Assembly: GCF_003918875.1 (NCBI RefSeq)
Contig: NW_025766964.1
Coordinates: forward strand, 1 to 64,000
Direction: 5' to 3'
Length of the DNA: 64,000 nucleotides
Source: Haliotis rubra
Taxonomy: Eukaryota
The first letter of the stretch is position 1. Every line of letters begins with the position of its first letter. The position numbers and the translations under genes were made by a program. Below, piece after piece: positions 13,234 to 25,380 of this stretch. The notes beneath the pieces were generated by a model, which ran no database searches, was not told where the DNA came from, and saw only the letters and a list, made by a program, of their open reading frames with translations.

Positions 13234-13302
13234 AGCGTTTCTATGCATTACGTATGTTTTGATGTGTGGAAATTTCCCTGTGCATGGTGTGTGCCATTTC
13301 AG

Positions 13303-13499
13303 AACGACAATGGGGGGAGATATTCATCTAAGGGTAAAATCCCATTGATCAAATACAATGGAGAAGCGGTGGCTGACTTGCAGTTCTGTGTGGAGTATCT
13401 GAACCGGAAGCTGAACATTGACCTCAGCAGTCACCTGACGAAGGAACAACGGGCTATTGCGCATGCGTTTAGGAAAATGGCGGAGGAAAATCTTCACTG
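13303..13499 (+). CDS. FAXC: FAXC-like exon B (NDNGGRYSSKGKIPLIKYNGEAVADLQFCVEYL...KMAEENLH)
   Basis: TTTCAG acceptor, phase 0; metaxin/FAX motifs; GT at 13500. Confidence 0.8.
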
Positions 13500-13949
13500 G
13501 TTTGTTATATAATTTATGGTTGCCTATAGGTAAGTGAGTTTTGTCTGGTGCGGTGAGAATTGCCTTATTTTATTCCTGTGTGGGGATATGTAGCATGGCT
13601 TGAAAACGAAAACAGGCATAGGTTTGGAAAACGCGACCGCTTTGGAACTAATTTCTTGTTCTCGATCAGTAATCCAAATTGAAGGATTACTTTTGGTTAA
13701 CTATGAGTACTTGGAGGCCCAAAGTGTTGCCGGTTGTGGATATTTTCCACATCAATAAACCACCGCGCCCATTTTGACCAAGGAACTATTGTAAAGGGTT
13801 GAATTGAAAAACAACCAGCGGATCCTGCCACGACTAAGGACGCACACCTTTACACCTTGGATTGCACCTGAACTGATGCATTGTTTTGTTTGTTTCTTGT
13901 TATTTGTCATCAATAATCCCTGTGTGGAATCATCAAGGTTCCATGCATG

Positions 13950-14155
13950 TTTTGTTTGATTGTAAGTTGTATAACGCCGCACTCAGCAATATTCCAGATA
14001 TATGGCTGCGGTCTGTAAAGAATCTAGTCTGGACCAGACAATCCAGTGATCAACAACATGAGCATCGATCTACGCAATTCGGATTCGATGCATGTGCCAA
14101 TCAAATCAACGAGGTTGACTACCTGATCCCGTTAGTCGCCCCTTACGACAAGCAC
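13950..14155 (-). mobile_element. Family B retroposon, 5'-truncated
   Basis: Body and tail; flanked by CCATGCAT(G/A)TTTT direct repeat. Confidence 0.85.
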
Positions 14156-14309
14156 CCATGCATATTTTATAAGAACTTACAGAAATGGGGATCGGATGGC
14201 CATCATACCGAGCTGACGGTATCGTCGCTTATTCATCAACCACTTATTTTCCTTGTCGATTGATGATTATTACATGAATTCCGCTGGCTACGGCGTTGAT
14301 TACCTGAAG

Positions 14310-14503
14310 CGTCCTGTGTATAATCCTCACTTTGATGGAGAATATGAACATCGTCAAAGTCTCCGGTTTCAACGCGCTGTCTGTCAGACTTGCCGTCCAC
14401 AGATACCGGAAACAGACGAAAGCTTACGGAATCGGCCGACACACCAATCTGGAAATGCTGCAGATAATGGAAGGAGATTTCAGAGCTCTGTCAGACTATC
14501 TAG
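14310..14503 (+). CDS. FAXC: FAXC-like exon C (...RKQTKAYGIGRHTNLEMLQIMEGDFRALSDYLG)
   Basis: GIGRH and D.RALSD.LG motifs; donor GTAACG at 14504; 5' boundary uncertain (weak acceptor). Confidence 0.75.
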
Positions 14504-14592
14504 GTAACGTGATTCCTTCACTGCTGGTAGGGTAGGACATGCTTACCCTTTTTGCGAACACCAATGTCATAACTGATCTTCTGATATTTTCA

Positions 14593-14758
14593 GGGGCGAT
14601 GGGGTAGCCTAGTGGTTAAAGCGTTCGCTCATCACGCTTAAGACCCGAGGTCGATTCCCCACATGGGTACAATGTGTGAAGCCCATTTCTGGTGTCCCCC
14701 GCCGTGATGTTGCTGGAATATTGCTAAAAGCGGCGTAAAACTAAACTCACTAGCACTT
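14593..14758 (+). mobile_element. Family A SINE, full length
   Basis: A/B boxes; 11-bp TSD TGATATTTTCA. Confidence 0.92.
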
Positions 14759-15162
14759 TGATATTTTCATCGCTGTTTTTCCTTTAACGCTCAATGGAAT
14801 GTGTTTTGGCGGATTATGGAGAGTGGGTGTTGTAAGGGGTTGACGGGTAGCCTAATTTACTGTATACATACCCGTATAGAATAGACGAAGTCTTCTAATG
14901 TGCTGCACTTCGCTTTAACGAGTTGTGTCCCTTAGACAGAAACCTGTGATTGTGGGTTCGAATCCCAGGTTGATCGGCACCATACCTATGACCAGCTCAC
15001 ACAATCAATCACTCATATTGACGTCAGAAGATTGTTGCCCCTCTTATGTCTTCCTATACTTCAGAAGGAAAGGGAAAAGTATGCTAAAACATCAATGTGA
15101 TTTTTAAGACCTGAAAGTCCGTAAAGTACTTTCTTAAAAGTGGTGTGGGTCTCATTTTAAAA

Positions 15163-15329
15163 GCGGCGGTGGGGTAGCCCTGTGGTTAAAGCGTTCGCTC
15201 GTCACGCCTAAGACCCGGGTACGATTGCCCACATGAGTACAATGGGTGAAGCCCATTTCTGGTGTCCCCCGCCGTGATATTGCTGGAATATTGCTAAAAG
15301 CGGCGTAAAACAAAACTCACTCGCTCACT
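15163..15329 (+). mobile_element. Family A SINE
   Basis: Near-consensus copy. Confidence 0.9.
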
Positions 15330-15363
15330 TTCTTGAAACTTTTGTTGGTAATTTAATTAACAG

Positions 15364-15461
15364 GGAAGAAGACGTTCCTCTTCGGACATCAACCTTGTGA
15401 GGCTGATGCTGCCTTGTTTGGTTAGTTGGCACCGGGTACAAAAGGGGAACAACTCATGCAC
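15364..15461 (+). CDS. FAXC: FAXC-like exon D with internal stop (GKKTFLFGHQPCEADAALFG*LAPGTKGEQLMH)
   Basis: AACAG acceptor, phase 1; GST-C motif; TAG where Gln is expected. Confidence 0.7.
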
Positions 15462-15607
15462 GATATACACACCAGGGTTATGTCCCCTACATCAACACTA
15501 TGAATCGTGTATATAATTATAAATACGTTAATACATATATATATTGAAAAAAGGTATTTAACATCACAATCTTCCGTATCAGTAAATGTGAAGACGGATG
15601 TTCACAA

Positions 15608-15950
15608 GGTGAGGTGAAATTGGGTTTGACGTCGCACTTAAGAATATATCGCTCATATGACGACGTGCATGCGTGTGTAATGTGTGGCTCCTTGTACTAG
15701 CCCGGACTGAAGCTGGTTTTATAGTACTAGCCCACTGAGATACCAAGCCGCAGTGAAGCATGAATACCCCAGTCCGACACATTATACTAACTTCGAGCCG
15801 ACCAGTCCTTGTTGTACTCATTAATGCCGAGCGCCAGGCAGGGACCAACAAGTACCAAATTTTAACGTCTTTTGGTATGACGCGGCCGGGGATCGAACCA
15901 GTGACCTTCCGCTCTCCGGGAGGACGCTCTAGCCACTACACCACGGAGGT
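15608..15950 (-). mobile_element. Family C Meta/MESC-like tRNA SINE, full length
   Basis: Reverse complement of 18612-18964. Confidence 0.9.
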
Positions 15951-16031
15951 TCACGAAAATAGCCTATTAGAATATGTGACGTATAAATAATAATGATAAT
16001 AAATTACATAACTGGATTTTTTTTCTTTCAG

Positions 16032-16183
16032 AAAAGTTTACAAATCTAGTGGAGTATTGTGAGAGCATGAAGTCTAACTTTTGGACGGACTGGAAATACT
16101 GCATCACAGCAGACGGAACTAAAAAGCTACAAAATAAACACAGAATGATTTCGTTCGTGAGTTTGAAGCTACAGAATCACTAG
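16032..16183 (+). CDS. FAXC: FAXC-like terminal exon E (EKFTNLVEYCESMKSNFWTDWKYCITADGTKK...)
   Basis: Polypyrimidine TTTCAG acceptor, phase 1; NL.EYCE.MK..FW.DW motif; probable ancestral stop at 16135-16137 is now out of frame. Confidence 0.75.
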
Positions 16184-17158
16184 TCAGATGTATACATCAT
16201 TGTAGAAACATACAAATATTCATAAATAATGTACATGTTTGATTAGTATTTTCAGTTGAATTATTCTTGAGAAATCGATTTAATCCAGCAAGATATATGC
16301 TCTTTGACACGTTTACCATTCGTACACAAGACATGGTCTTTCAATATCATGTTCGGCTATTTCCGTCGAACCACGTCTTCCCTTCGCCCTCTGGTGGAAG
16401 ACTGGCGGTATTCCAACGCCGTATTTAGAAATGACGCAGAACTTTCAGATGGTCATCGTTTCTCGTTTTAAAATTATATGTGACGCATTTCATCGGGACC
16501 ACATTTAGGCCAATTAGTTCGAATATTTGACAATTTGATGACGCAACATGTTTTATTTTGGACGACAGATGAGAGGATCGGATGGTTACAATGTCGGTTC
16601 TCCATTGGTAGCCTCACGTTGACGGAATAGTTGGAATATTTCAGACTACAGCGGAGCGTTCGCTCGTCACGCTCAAGTTCGATTCCAAACATGGACACAA
16701 TGTGTGAAGCCCATTCTGGTTTCATCCGCCGTGACTAAACTCACTCACTCTGACTGCGGCGTAAATTAACACTCGCTCACCAACTCACTAACTCACTCAC
16801 ACATTCACTCTCTCACAAGAAACTTAAGAAAATATTGTAAGGCATAAAAGGTAGCTCTTCGATAATGACAGCGGCGTTTTACAAAGTTATTGAAACCCTG
16901 AACATATTTTGTGAAGCGTATTGTGAAGACTCCACGAGTTAGCTCCCTTGACATGGGTCCGACTCAACTTTCTCATGCCTGCCTTTCAATATTGGGCCCC
17001 GTTTGCATTTCGTAGAAGTTACTGTGCAGGGTCCCTCTTCGACATGCAAGTAGGGTAAACTGTTGTCTTCCTCTTCAAACCCGTTAGGATGGGGATTCAG
17101 AGAAAACTAAAGAACCAAATTAACCAAAGCTTGTCGAGAGAGGCGACTAACGGGTATG

Positions 17159-17307
17159 CAGGGGCGGATCCAAGATTTTGGAAGAGGGGTGGGGGTTGGG
17201 GGTGCTCATATATCATGACGTCCAAAGGTTAGGGGGAAATGCTCCTCAGGGAAAGCTATTTCGGGGGAGCAGGAGGGTTTGCACCCCCTCCTCTGGATCC
17301 GCCCCTG
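17159..17307. mobile_element. MITE with CAGGGGCGGATCC termini, inserted in a family B copy (~17085-17390)
   Basis: TIR CAGGGGCGGATCCA; 6-bp TSD GGTATG. Confidence 0.9.
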
Positions 17308-17496
17308 GGTATGGGTGGTCAGATTCGCTTTGTTGATTATTGTTTAGTTTGTTTGTTGAGCATCGATCTCCGCAATTGGGATACGCAATTTATTTATTTA
17401 TTTATTTATTTATTTTTCGTTTATTTCTTAATTTTGGGGTGGTGGTATCCCTCTGGAATCATGTTTGTGCCACTTTCTTTATCATCTACATATATT

Positions 17497-17734
17497 CAGG
17501 GGTGAAAATAACTTTAAAATTGCTAGTATACTCCGGTACAGTGGCACATGTAAAATCACTTGCCCTGATCATTTTTCCACTATACCGGACGTTTTCTTGT
17601 TGATTTTTAAATAAACAACATAATTAACGTTGGAAAGTCAACTGGACACCGGTACAGTGTGATATACAAATTTGCTTGCCCAACAGATAAATCACTGGAC
17701 TCTGACATCGGGCAATGGGTTATTTCCAGCCCTG
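17497..17734. mobile_element. hAT-like MITE (sister of 59388-59628, opposite orientation)
   Basis: TIR CAGGG(G/C)TG(A/G)AAATAAC; high internal identity to the 59388 copy. Confidence 0.88.
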
Positions 17735-18269
17735 AATATTATACTTACATCTACGTCATCTACGTTAATTTACGTAGATGATGTTATAGTCTATTAAGGA
17801 GAATCATCGACACTGTAACCATATCGTTTCTCGAGTAATCCACAATAGTTCCGGGTCTGTTTACGTAATATCTGTGTAAACTGATAATTTGATTTGTTCG
17901 ACTTTCAACCGTGGTGTGTCTTTATGGTACCATCGGGACATTCAGTCACGTAACCCTACCTTTAAATCTGTCGAAATCTGTTCCGCGAATGTATATGTGG
18001 TTTGGTTTTTTTTGGACAATTTGAAATTATTTCAGTATGTTGTCTAAATACAGAAATTAAAACAAACGACCCACAACCTGCCAAGTCAATTCACATATAT
18101 ATTTGTTAAACCTATATCAAGCGAGGGTCATAACTTCACATCACAATACAACGATTATGATATCATGTGAACAGATTATCTTATCTTCTCTGAAGATGAA
18201 CGTAGATCAAAGTATTATCTACGTAGATTAATGTATCTTCTACGTATATAAATGTAAGTTTATCTAACT

Positions 18270-18390
18270 TCTTAAAGTGGCATTTGGAAGCTGGTATGGT
18301 GAAGAGGAACGCTTCTTTTATGGATAGACAATGTCTTTATTGCAAGTGATGTGACGTTTCGGATCAGATCCTAACACTGTTACCATTGAC
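18270..18390 (-). mobile_element. Penelope-like pLTR remnant
   Basis: GGCATTTGGAAG...TATGGATAGACAA...TTTATTG...ACGTTTCG layout shared with 55190 and 50700. Confidence 0.55.
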
Positions 18391-18611
18391 GTTCCACTTC
18401 GGTCAGATCCTAACAGCGTTGGCTCGTCACGCCGAAGACCCGGGTTCGACCCACATGGGCACAGTGTTCCATTTCTGGTGTCCCCTGCCGTGATAAAATA
18501 TTACTAAAAGCGGCGATGATAAACTCAGTCAGTCACTTCAGTAAAATCTACACAGATGATAACGAATTTAGACGGTGGCACTAATCCGCTTCCATACCCT
18601 ACCACCTACAG

Positions 18612-18964
18612 GACCGCCTCCGTGGTGTAGTGGTTAGAGTGTCCGCCCGGAGTGCGGAAGGTCGCGGGTTCGATCCCCGACGGCGTCATACCAAAAGACG
18701 TTAAAATATGGTACTTGTTGGTCCCTGCCTGGCGTTCGGCATTAATGGGTACAACAAGGACTGGTCGGCTCGGAGTCAGTATAATGTGTTTGAGTGGGGT
18801 ATTCATGCTTCACTGCGGCGTGGTATCTCAGTGGGCTAGCACTATAAGACCAGCGTAAGTCTGGGCTAGTACAAGCAGCCGCACATAGACATACACATGC
18901 ATGCACGTGGTCATATGAGCGATATATTCTTAAGTGCGACGTTAAACCCAATTCCACCACCACC
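18612..18964 (+). mobile_element. Family C Meta/MESC-like tRNA SINE, full length
   Basis: tRNA-like head with A/B boxes; GTCATACCAAAAGAC...CCTGCCTGGCG...GACTGGTCGGC..GTCAGTATAATGTG core; 11-bp TSD ACCACCTACAG. Confidence 0.92.
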
Positions 18965-19879
18965 ACCACCTACAGCTTGTTCAGCTTAGTGAATAATAAT
19001 TAATTGCGTGACCGTGTCACAACTGGTTGGGTCTATTATTGTGAAGGGGTCAGGTGATTGGTGTAAACGGGTTGACTGATTGTTGTGCCCATGTTGAAAA
19101 TTTGGAAAGTGACTACTGGGACAGAAATATTGCAGTTGAAGATGAGATAGCGATTGAATGATTGTGAAAGTAACTGACGTCTGTAAGTTGTAAAGTAAGC
19201 AAACCAAACTAGATAGCATATGACTGTGTAAACAATACAATTAAAACATGACATGATTGTTTTTCTTCAGAAGTGTTGTTTTCCGGGACAAGTTCTGTAA
19301 CGAATCTATGTATGCATGCTTCGCACGAACGCAACATGCTTCGCACGAACGTGACCAACTCGTGTTATTAGTGGTGACATTCTCTGCTCCCCTATTTAAT
19401 GAAGATAACCCGATCTACCGTTTGTGCCATTTGACCTTCCGGGTTATGCATATGTAGAGTAGCTCAGGTCAAGATGAACAAGCTGTACTGCCTGTAAACA
19501 TTCTCACAGGTTGTCCAGAATCACGGCTCACAGCACAGCTCTTGTCACGTTGAGTGTGCTAAGGGAGGTAACTCTTACAACCCTAGCTGACTACATTGTG
19601 CGCGTTGTTCCGCAGAACTGTTGGTAATCAGCCAGATTCGGGGGAGTAAAAGCGTAGGGAATTATTTTTAAACCTGTTGCTTCTAAACCTGAGGAGAGTG
19701 TACGAGGGTCAAGTGTAAAGCAATACCCCTTTCATCGCACGTCTAAATCAGCACGCGAGTACTTGGTGGAAACATTTCTCATCAAGCGCAGAGGAGCAAC
19801 TTGTTACTCTAGGCGTGTTTCGTGGGATGGTCATCCGATCTGAACTGTACATAGCACCTGTCGTCGTATACCTAAATAT

Positions 19880-21285
19880 ACGACAAAGGTATACGTGACA
19901 CCCGTGTAATATACGACGAGGCTGTACGTGACACCCGTGTAATATACGACAACGGTATACGTGACACCCGTGTAATATACAAGGCTGTACGTGACACCCG
20001 TGTTGTATACAAGGTTGTACGTGACACCCGTGTAATATACGAAGAGGCTGTACGTGACACCCGTGTTATATACGACAAGGTTGTACGTGACACCCGTGTT
20101 ATATCCGACAAGGTTGTACGTGACACCCGTGTTATATACGACAAGGCTGTACGTGACACCCGTGTAATATACGACAACGGTATACGTGACACCCGTGTAA
20201 TATACGACGAGGCTGTACGTGACACCCGTGTAATATACGACAAGGCTGTACGTGACACCCGTGTTATATACGACAAGGTTGTACGTGACACCCGTGTAAT
20301 ATACGACAAGGCTGTACGTGACACCCGTGTAATATACGTCAAGGTTGTACGTGACACCCGTGTAATATACGACAAGGCTGTACGTGACACCCGTGTAATA
20401 TACGACAAGGTTGTACGTGACACCCGTGTAATATACGACAACGGTATACGTGACACCCGTGTAATATACAAGGCTGTACGTGACACCCGTGTTGTATACA
20501 AGGTTGTACGTGACACCCGTGTAATATACGAAGAGGCTGTACGTGACACCCGTGTTATATACGACAAGGTTGTACGTGACACCCGTGTTATATCCGACAA
20601 GGTTGTACGTGACACCCGTGTTATATACGACAAGGCTGTACGTGACACCCGTGTAATATACGACAACGGTATACGTGACACCCGTGTAATATACGACGAG
20701 GCTGTACGTGACACCCGTGTAATATACGACAAGGCTGTACGTGACACCCGTGTAATATACGACAAGGTTGTACGTGACACCCGTGTAATATACGACAAGG
20801 CTGTACGTGACACCCGTGTAATATACGACAAGGTTGTACGTGACACCCGTGTAATATACGACAAGGCTGTACGTGACACCCGTGTAATATACGACAAGGT
20901 TGTACGTGACACCCGTGTAATATACGACGAGGCTGTACGTGACACCCGTGTTATATACGACAAGGTTGTACGTGACACCCGTGTAATATACGACGAGGCT
21001 GTACGTGACACCCGTGTTATATACGACAAGGTTGTACGTGACACCCGTGTTATATACGACAAGGTTGTACGTGACACCCGTGTTATATACGACAAGGTTG
21101 TACGTGACACCCGTGTAATATACGAAGAGGCTGTACGTGACACCCGTGTTATATACGACAAGGTTGTACGTGACACCCGTGTTATATACGACAAGGTTGT
21201 ACGTGACACCCGTCTTATATACGACAAGGTTGTACGTGACACCCGTGTAATATACGAAGAGGCTGTACGTGACACCCGTGTTGTA
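19880..21285. repeat. 33-bp minisatellite (TACGTGACACCCGTGTAATATACGACAAGGTTG), ~42 units
   Basis: Directly visible tandem units. Confidence 0.97.
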
Positions 21286-21368
21286 TCTTGGTGTGGACGA
21301 CGGGTGAAATCAACACGGGAACATTATGTTTCAAAGTGTTGACAAGTTGAGGCAGCGTGTTTGATAGA

Positions 21369-21534
21369 GCGAGTGAGTGAGTTTAGTTTTACGCCGCTTT
21401 TAGCAACATTCCAGCAATATCACGCCTTTATGACACCAAAAATGGGTATCACACATTGTACCCACGTGGGAAATCGAGCCCGGGTCTTCGGCGTGACGAG
21501 GGAACGCTTTGACCACGAGGCTATGCCACCGCAC
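21369..21534 (-). mobile_element. Family A SINE
   Basis: Reverse complement of consensus. Confidence 0.88.
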
Positions 21535-21639
21535 CTGCCTTTGTTAGAATGACGCTCAGTCTCTGAATGTATATAATTTTGATACACATAAATAACTCCT
21601 CTTAAATAAAAATGGACCCCCAGTGAGGTGGAAGATTCA

Positions 21640-21799
21640 GAGTGAGTTTGGTTTTACGCCGCTTTTAGCAATATTCCAGCAATATCACGGCGGGGGACAC
21701 CAGAAATGAGCTTCACACAATGTACCCATGTGGGGATTCGAACCCGGGTCTTCGGCGTGACGAGCGAACGCTTTAACCACTTGGCTACCCCACCGCCCC
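21640..21799 (-). mobile_element. Family A SINE
   Basis: Near-consensus reverse complement. Confidence 0.92.
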
Positions 21800-21939
21800 G
21801 GAAGAACCTGACACTGATGAAATCTAAACTTGCTTCATCTTGGGCTTTGGGCTCTTTGCATTGCAGAGAGGGCTGGACGGGGGAGGGGGAATGCGGTTCA
21901 GGAACGGTGAGACAACTGCGTGTCTGTACTCTCCAATGT

Positions 21940-22196
21940 CTGTTTGTTTGTTTGTTCGTTTGTTGTTTAACGCCGCGCTCGGCAACATTCCAACTACATG
22001 GCTGCGGTCAGTAAATAACTGCATGGGTCTGATCCAGACAATCCAGTGATCTACAGCATGTGCATCGATCTACGCAATTGGGAACCGACGACCTGTGTCA
22101 ACCAAGTCAGCGAGCCTGACCACCCGATCCCGTTAGTCGCCTCTTACGACAAGCATGGGTTACTGACGACCAATTCTAACCCGGATCTTCAAGGGT
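21940..22196 (-). mobile_element. Family B retroposon, full length, (AAAC)n tail
   Basis: Complete head to tail; TSD ACTCTC(C/T)AATGT. Confidence 0.92.
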
Positions 22197-22407
22197 CACT
22201 CTCTAATGTGTCCAGCGGGGAATATTGGGGAAATGTTAACATCCTGTTGTGGACATACATAGACCTATCAGATACATTCAGAATTTAGTTTTGTTATGAA
22301 ATGACAAATGTACATCTTGACAGACACACCATGATTGGTAGTTTAAAGTACAAACCTGCTGCCTGAAAGTGTGAAAGCGTGATTTGTTTTTACGAGGACT
22401 TAAACAT

Positions 22408-22572
22408 NNNNNNNNNNNNNNNNNNNNNNNNNNNNNNNNNNNNNNNNNNNNNNNNNNNNNNNNNNNNNNNNNNNNNNNNNNNNNNNNNNNNNNNNNNNNN
22501 NNNNNNNNNNNNNNNNNNNNNNNNNNNNNNNNNNNNNNNNNNNNNNNNNNNNNNNNNNNNNNNNNNNNNNNN
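22408..22572. other. Assembly gap followed by a CT-rich tract to ~22715
   Basis: N run. Confidence 1.
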
Positions 22573-23158
22573 CTCCCGCTCTCTCCCTCTCTTTGTGTGT
22601 CTGTCTCTCTCTCTCTCCCCCTCTCTTTGTGTGTCTCTGTCTCTCCCTCTCTCCTCTCTCTTTGTGTCTCTCCCACCCCCACCCCCTCTCTCTCTCTCAT
22701 CTTCATTCTTCTGCGTCTCAGAAAACGTTTGACCTTCTCAAAGCAGAATACACTGTGCTGTAAGTTGCTGTTGAGAAAACTGCACATAGATAGAATGTAT
22801 GGAAACCCTTCAGTGTAATGGAAGAATGGGAATTGTAAATTGTTGACGAAGTAACAGTACATGTAGTGATATACTGTTCCAAGTCTGAATGACCTCCATG
22901 CCTAGGTTAACATGTTGAGATAACGCCTCTATATCGCAGTTAGTCATTGTAGGTCGGGGATGTTGACTGTATATAACATGCGCAGTCCGCACCAAGATAA
23001 CAACTACTCCAGTGATTAATCATACTCGCAACCTCAGTTGGAGTAGGCTATAGTCAGTTTCAGGGAAGTAGTGTTTGTGTCGGGCAGGTCGCGATACTCT
23101 GCAGGCATGTCAAAGCACACTGAGAATAATGTTTAAACAGCACTGGTAAATATAGGAC

Positions 23159-23282
23159 CATAGGCGGATCCAGGAATTTTCAATGGGGTTGGGGGCTCCG
23201 CCAATGCAAAACATTAAATTCAGTGTGGTCTTTAGTCATTTCCGTGGGGGGGGGTGGGGGTGGGGGTGGGGATCCGCCAATG
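23159..23282. mobile_element. GGCGGATCC-type MITE
   Basis: CATAGGCGGATCC...GGATCCGCCAATG termini. Confidence 0.75.
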
Positions 23283-23350
23283 TGTCTGTGGTGAAAAGTA
23301 TTATTACAGGGGACAGGGTTGATCTCGCATAAAAAGAAGCAGGAAGAAGA

Positions 23351-23386
<36 letters not shown>

Positions 23387-23594
23387 TGTGTGTGTGTGTG
23401 TGTAGAAGTATGTGATCGCCGTTAGTTATGATCAGTGTCAGTGTGAAATTTGAATGTAGAAACTAAGCAAAAGATTACAAAAATAGATGAGAGATTCTAG
23501 TTTGATGACAGCCCCCGCCAAAGCCCCTACCCTTTTCATAATTCCAAGAAGACCTACTTGTAACATTCTCTTACACAACCTTCCAAACCATTGA

Positions 23595-24245
23595 TGTGAC
23601 ATTTTATCATGCCCGCCATAGATGTAACATTTTATCATGTCCACCACACATGTAACATTTCATCATGCCCATCATAGATGTAACATGTTATCATGCCCAC
23701 AATAGATGTATTTTATCATGTCCCCCATAGATATAACATGTTATCATGTCCACCACAGACGTAACATGTTATCATGTCCACCATAGATGTAACATGTTAT
23801 CATGCCCACCATAGATGTAACATTTTATCATGTCCACCATAGATGTAACATGTTATCATGTCCACCATAGATGTAACATTTTATCATGTCCACCATAGAT
23901 GTAACATTTTATCATGCCCACCATAGATGTAACATTTTATCATGTCCACCATAGATGTAACATTTTATCATGACCACCATAGATGTAACATTTTATCATG
24001 TCCACCATAGATGTAACATGTTATCATGTCCACCATAGATGTAACATGTTATCATGTCCACCATAGATGTAACATGTTATCATGTCCACCATAGATGTAA
24101 CATTTTATCATGTCCACCATAGATGTAACATTTTATCATGTCCACCATAGATGTAACATTTTATCATGTCCACCATAGATGTAACATGTTATCATGCCCA
24201 CCATAGATGTAACATTTTATCATGTCCACCACAGATGTAACGTGT
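23595..24245. repeat. 28-bp minisatellite (TCCACCATAGATGTAACATTTTATCATG)
   Basis: ~23 tandem units. Confidence 0.97.
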
Positions 24246-24922
24246 TGTCACTCTCCTGAACCATTATATGTTTACATTAACGTTCAACATGTTTTCATTT
24301 CCTCCCTAATCCCCCGCTCGAATTGTGAAGGGTATGTCTTTTTTTCAATTTTGACTTTATTGCTATCCAAACTTCTTGACTATTCTAGGACATCACAAAA
24401 TGAATTATCGATATCACCAAGTAAATTATTACATATAATAAAATGAATAACTAATATCACTAAATCGAATTTACATCGAAAACACATCTAATCATTAGAT
24501 ATCATAATCTAATCATTGTTGAATTAAACATTCAGTTTGCGATTAATACTTTTCTGGTATCAATGTATCCTGATAAAAACTATTCCTTTGTGAAACCAGT
24601 AATAAATTATTGGTGATAGAAAATAGTGTCAACATAGTAACCGGGTCTACGCGGGTTTCCAAGTATAAACTTTAAAACAGACTTTAGCGTCTTAATCTGT
24701 GTTGTAATACGTAGCGATCGTGTTTTGACATTGTATGACCTTGAACTTCGTAATGCTCACTAACAAGGAACATGTTTAAATATGCTATATTTAATATGCG
24801 TATCAACAACCCATGTTTGGATATTGTTTATTGTATTTTGTTTTAAGGACAAGGCCGCGTAAAGGATGGCTAGTCTGGCCGTTCAGTTGCCCGAGGTGTA
24901 TCATAGCATACCGTTTTTTAAT

Positions 24923-25080
24923 AGTGAGTGAGTATGGTTTTACGCCGTTTTTAAGCAATATTCCAACAATATCATGGCGGGGGAACACCAGAAATGGGCT
25001 TTGTACCCATGTGGGGAATCGAACCCAAGTCTTCGGCGTGACGGGCCAACGCTTTAACCACTGGGCTACCCAACCGCCCC
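24923..25080 (-). mobile_element. Family A SINE
   Basis: Reverse complement of consensus. Confidence 0.9.
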
Positions 25081-25170
25081 TGTTTAGTAGTGTAAATCGA
25101 TGCTCGTGACAATAATCACTGGAATTACTTTGTTCCAAACACGATTGTTTACACTGTCATATTTCTGGAC

Positions 25171-25380
25171 ACCCGTGAAGATACGGGTTAGAATGCTTAA
25201 GCAACCGATATGGATGTTTTTAATTGGCGACTAATGGGATCGGGTGGTCCGGCTCAATGACTTGGCTGATGCATGTCATCGTATCCCTATTGCACAGATC
25301 GATACTCATGATATCAATCACTGGATTGTCTGGTCCATACGTGATTATTTACATATAGGAAGTATAAGCGTTGCTAAACC
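25171..25380 (+). mobile_element. Family B retroposon, diverged
   Basis: Starts ACCCGTGAAGATACGGGTTAGAAT. Confidence 0.8.

Larger units (their letters stand above)
11238..16183 (+). pseudogene. FAXC: Failed axon connections homolog (metaxin-like GST family); probable unprocessed pseudogene, first exon not identified
   Basis: Five phase-compatible exons with family motifs (LYQLGRGP..PSLSPFAVKL..FLRMA; SSKGKIP; YGIGRHT; DFRALSDYLG; FLFGHQPCEADAALFG; NLVEYCE.MK..FW.DW). Lesions: in-frame TAG at 15423-15425, apparent short deletion after it, expected donor reads AT near 15462, -1 frameshift near 16121. Confidence 0.8.

Noticed and set aside
18616-18690. tRNA gene
   Set aside because: tRNA-like head continues into a SINE body with TSD and no oligo-T terminator; the same applies to all family A heads
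19872-21275. 467-aa ORF (SRTTLSYITRV)n
   Set aside because: Translation of a 33-bp minisatellite; unit is a multiple of 3 with no stop; GTG start and no gene context
24578-24606. Helitron 3' hairpin
   Set aside because: Weak hairpin, no CTAG terminus at the proper spacing, no second copy
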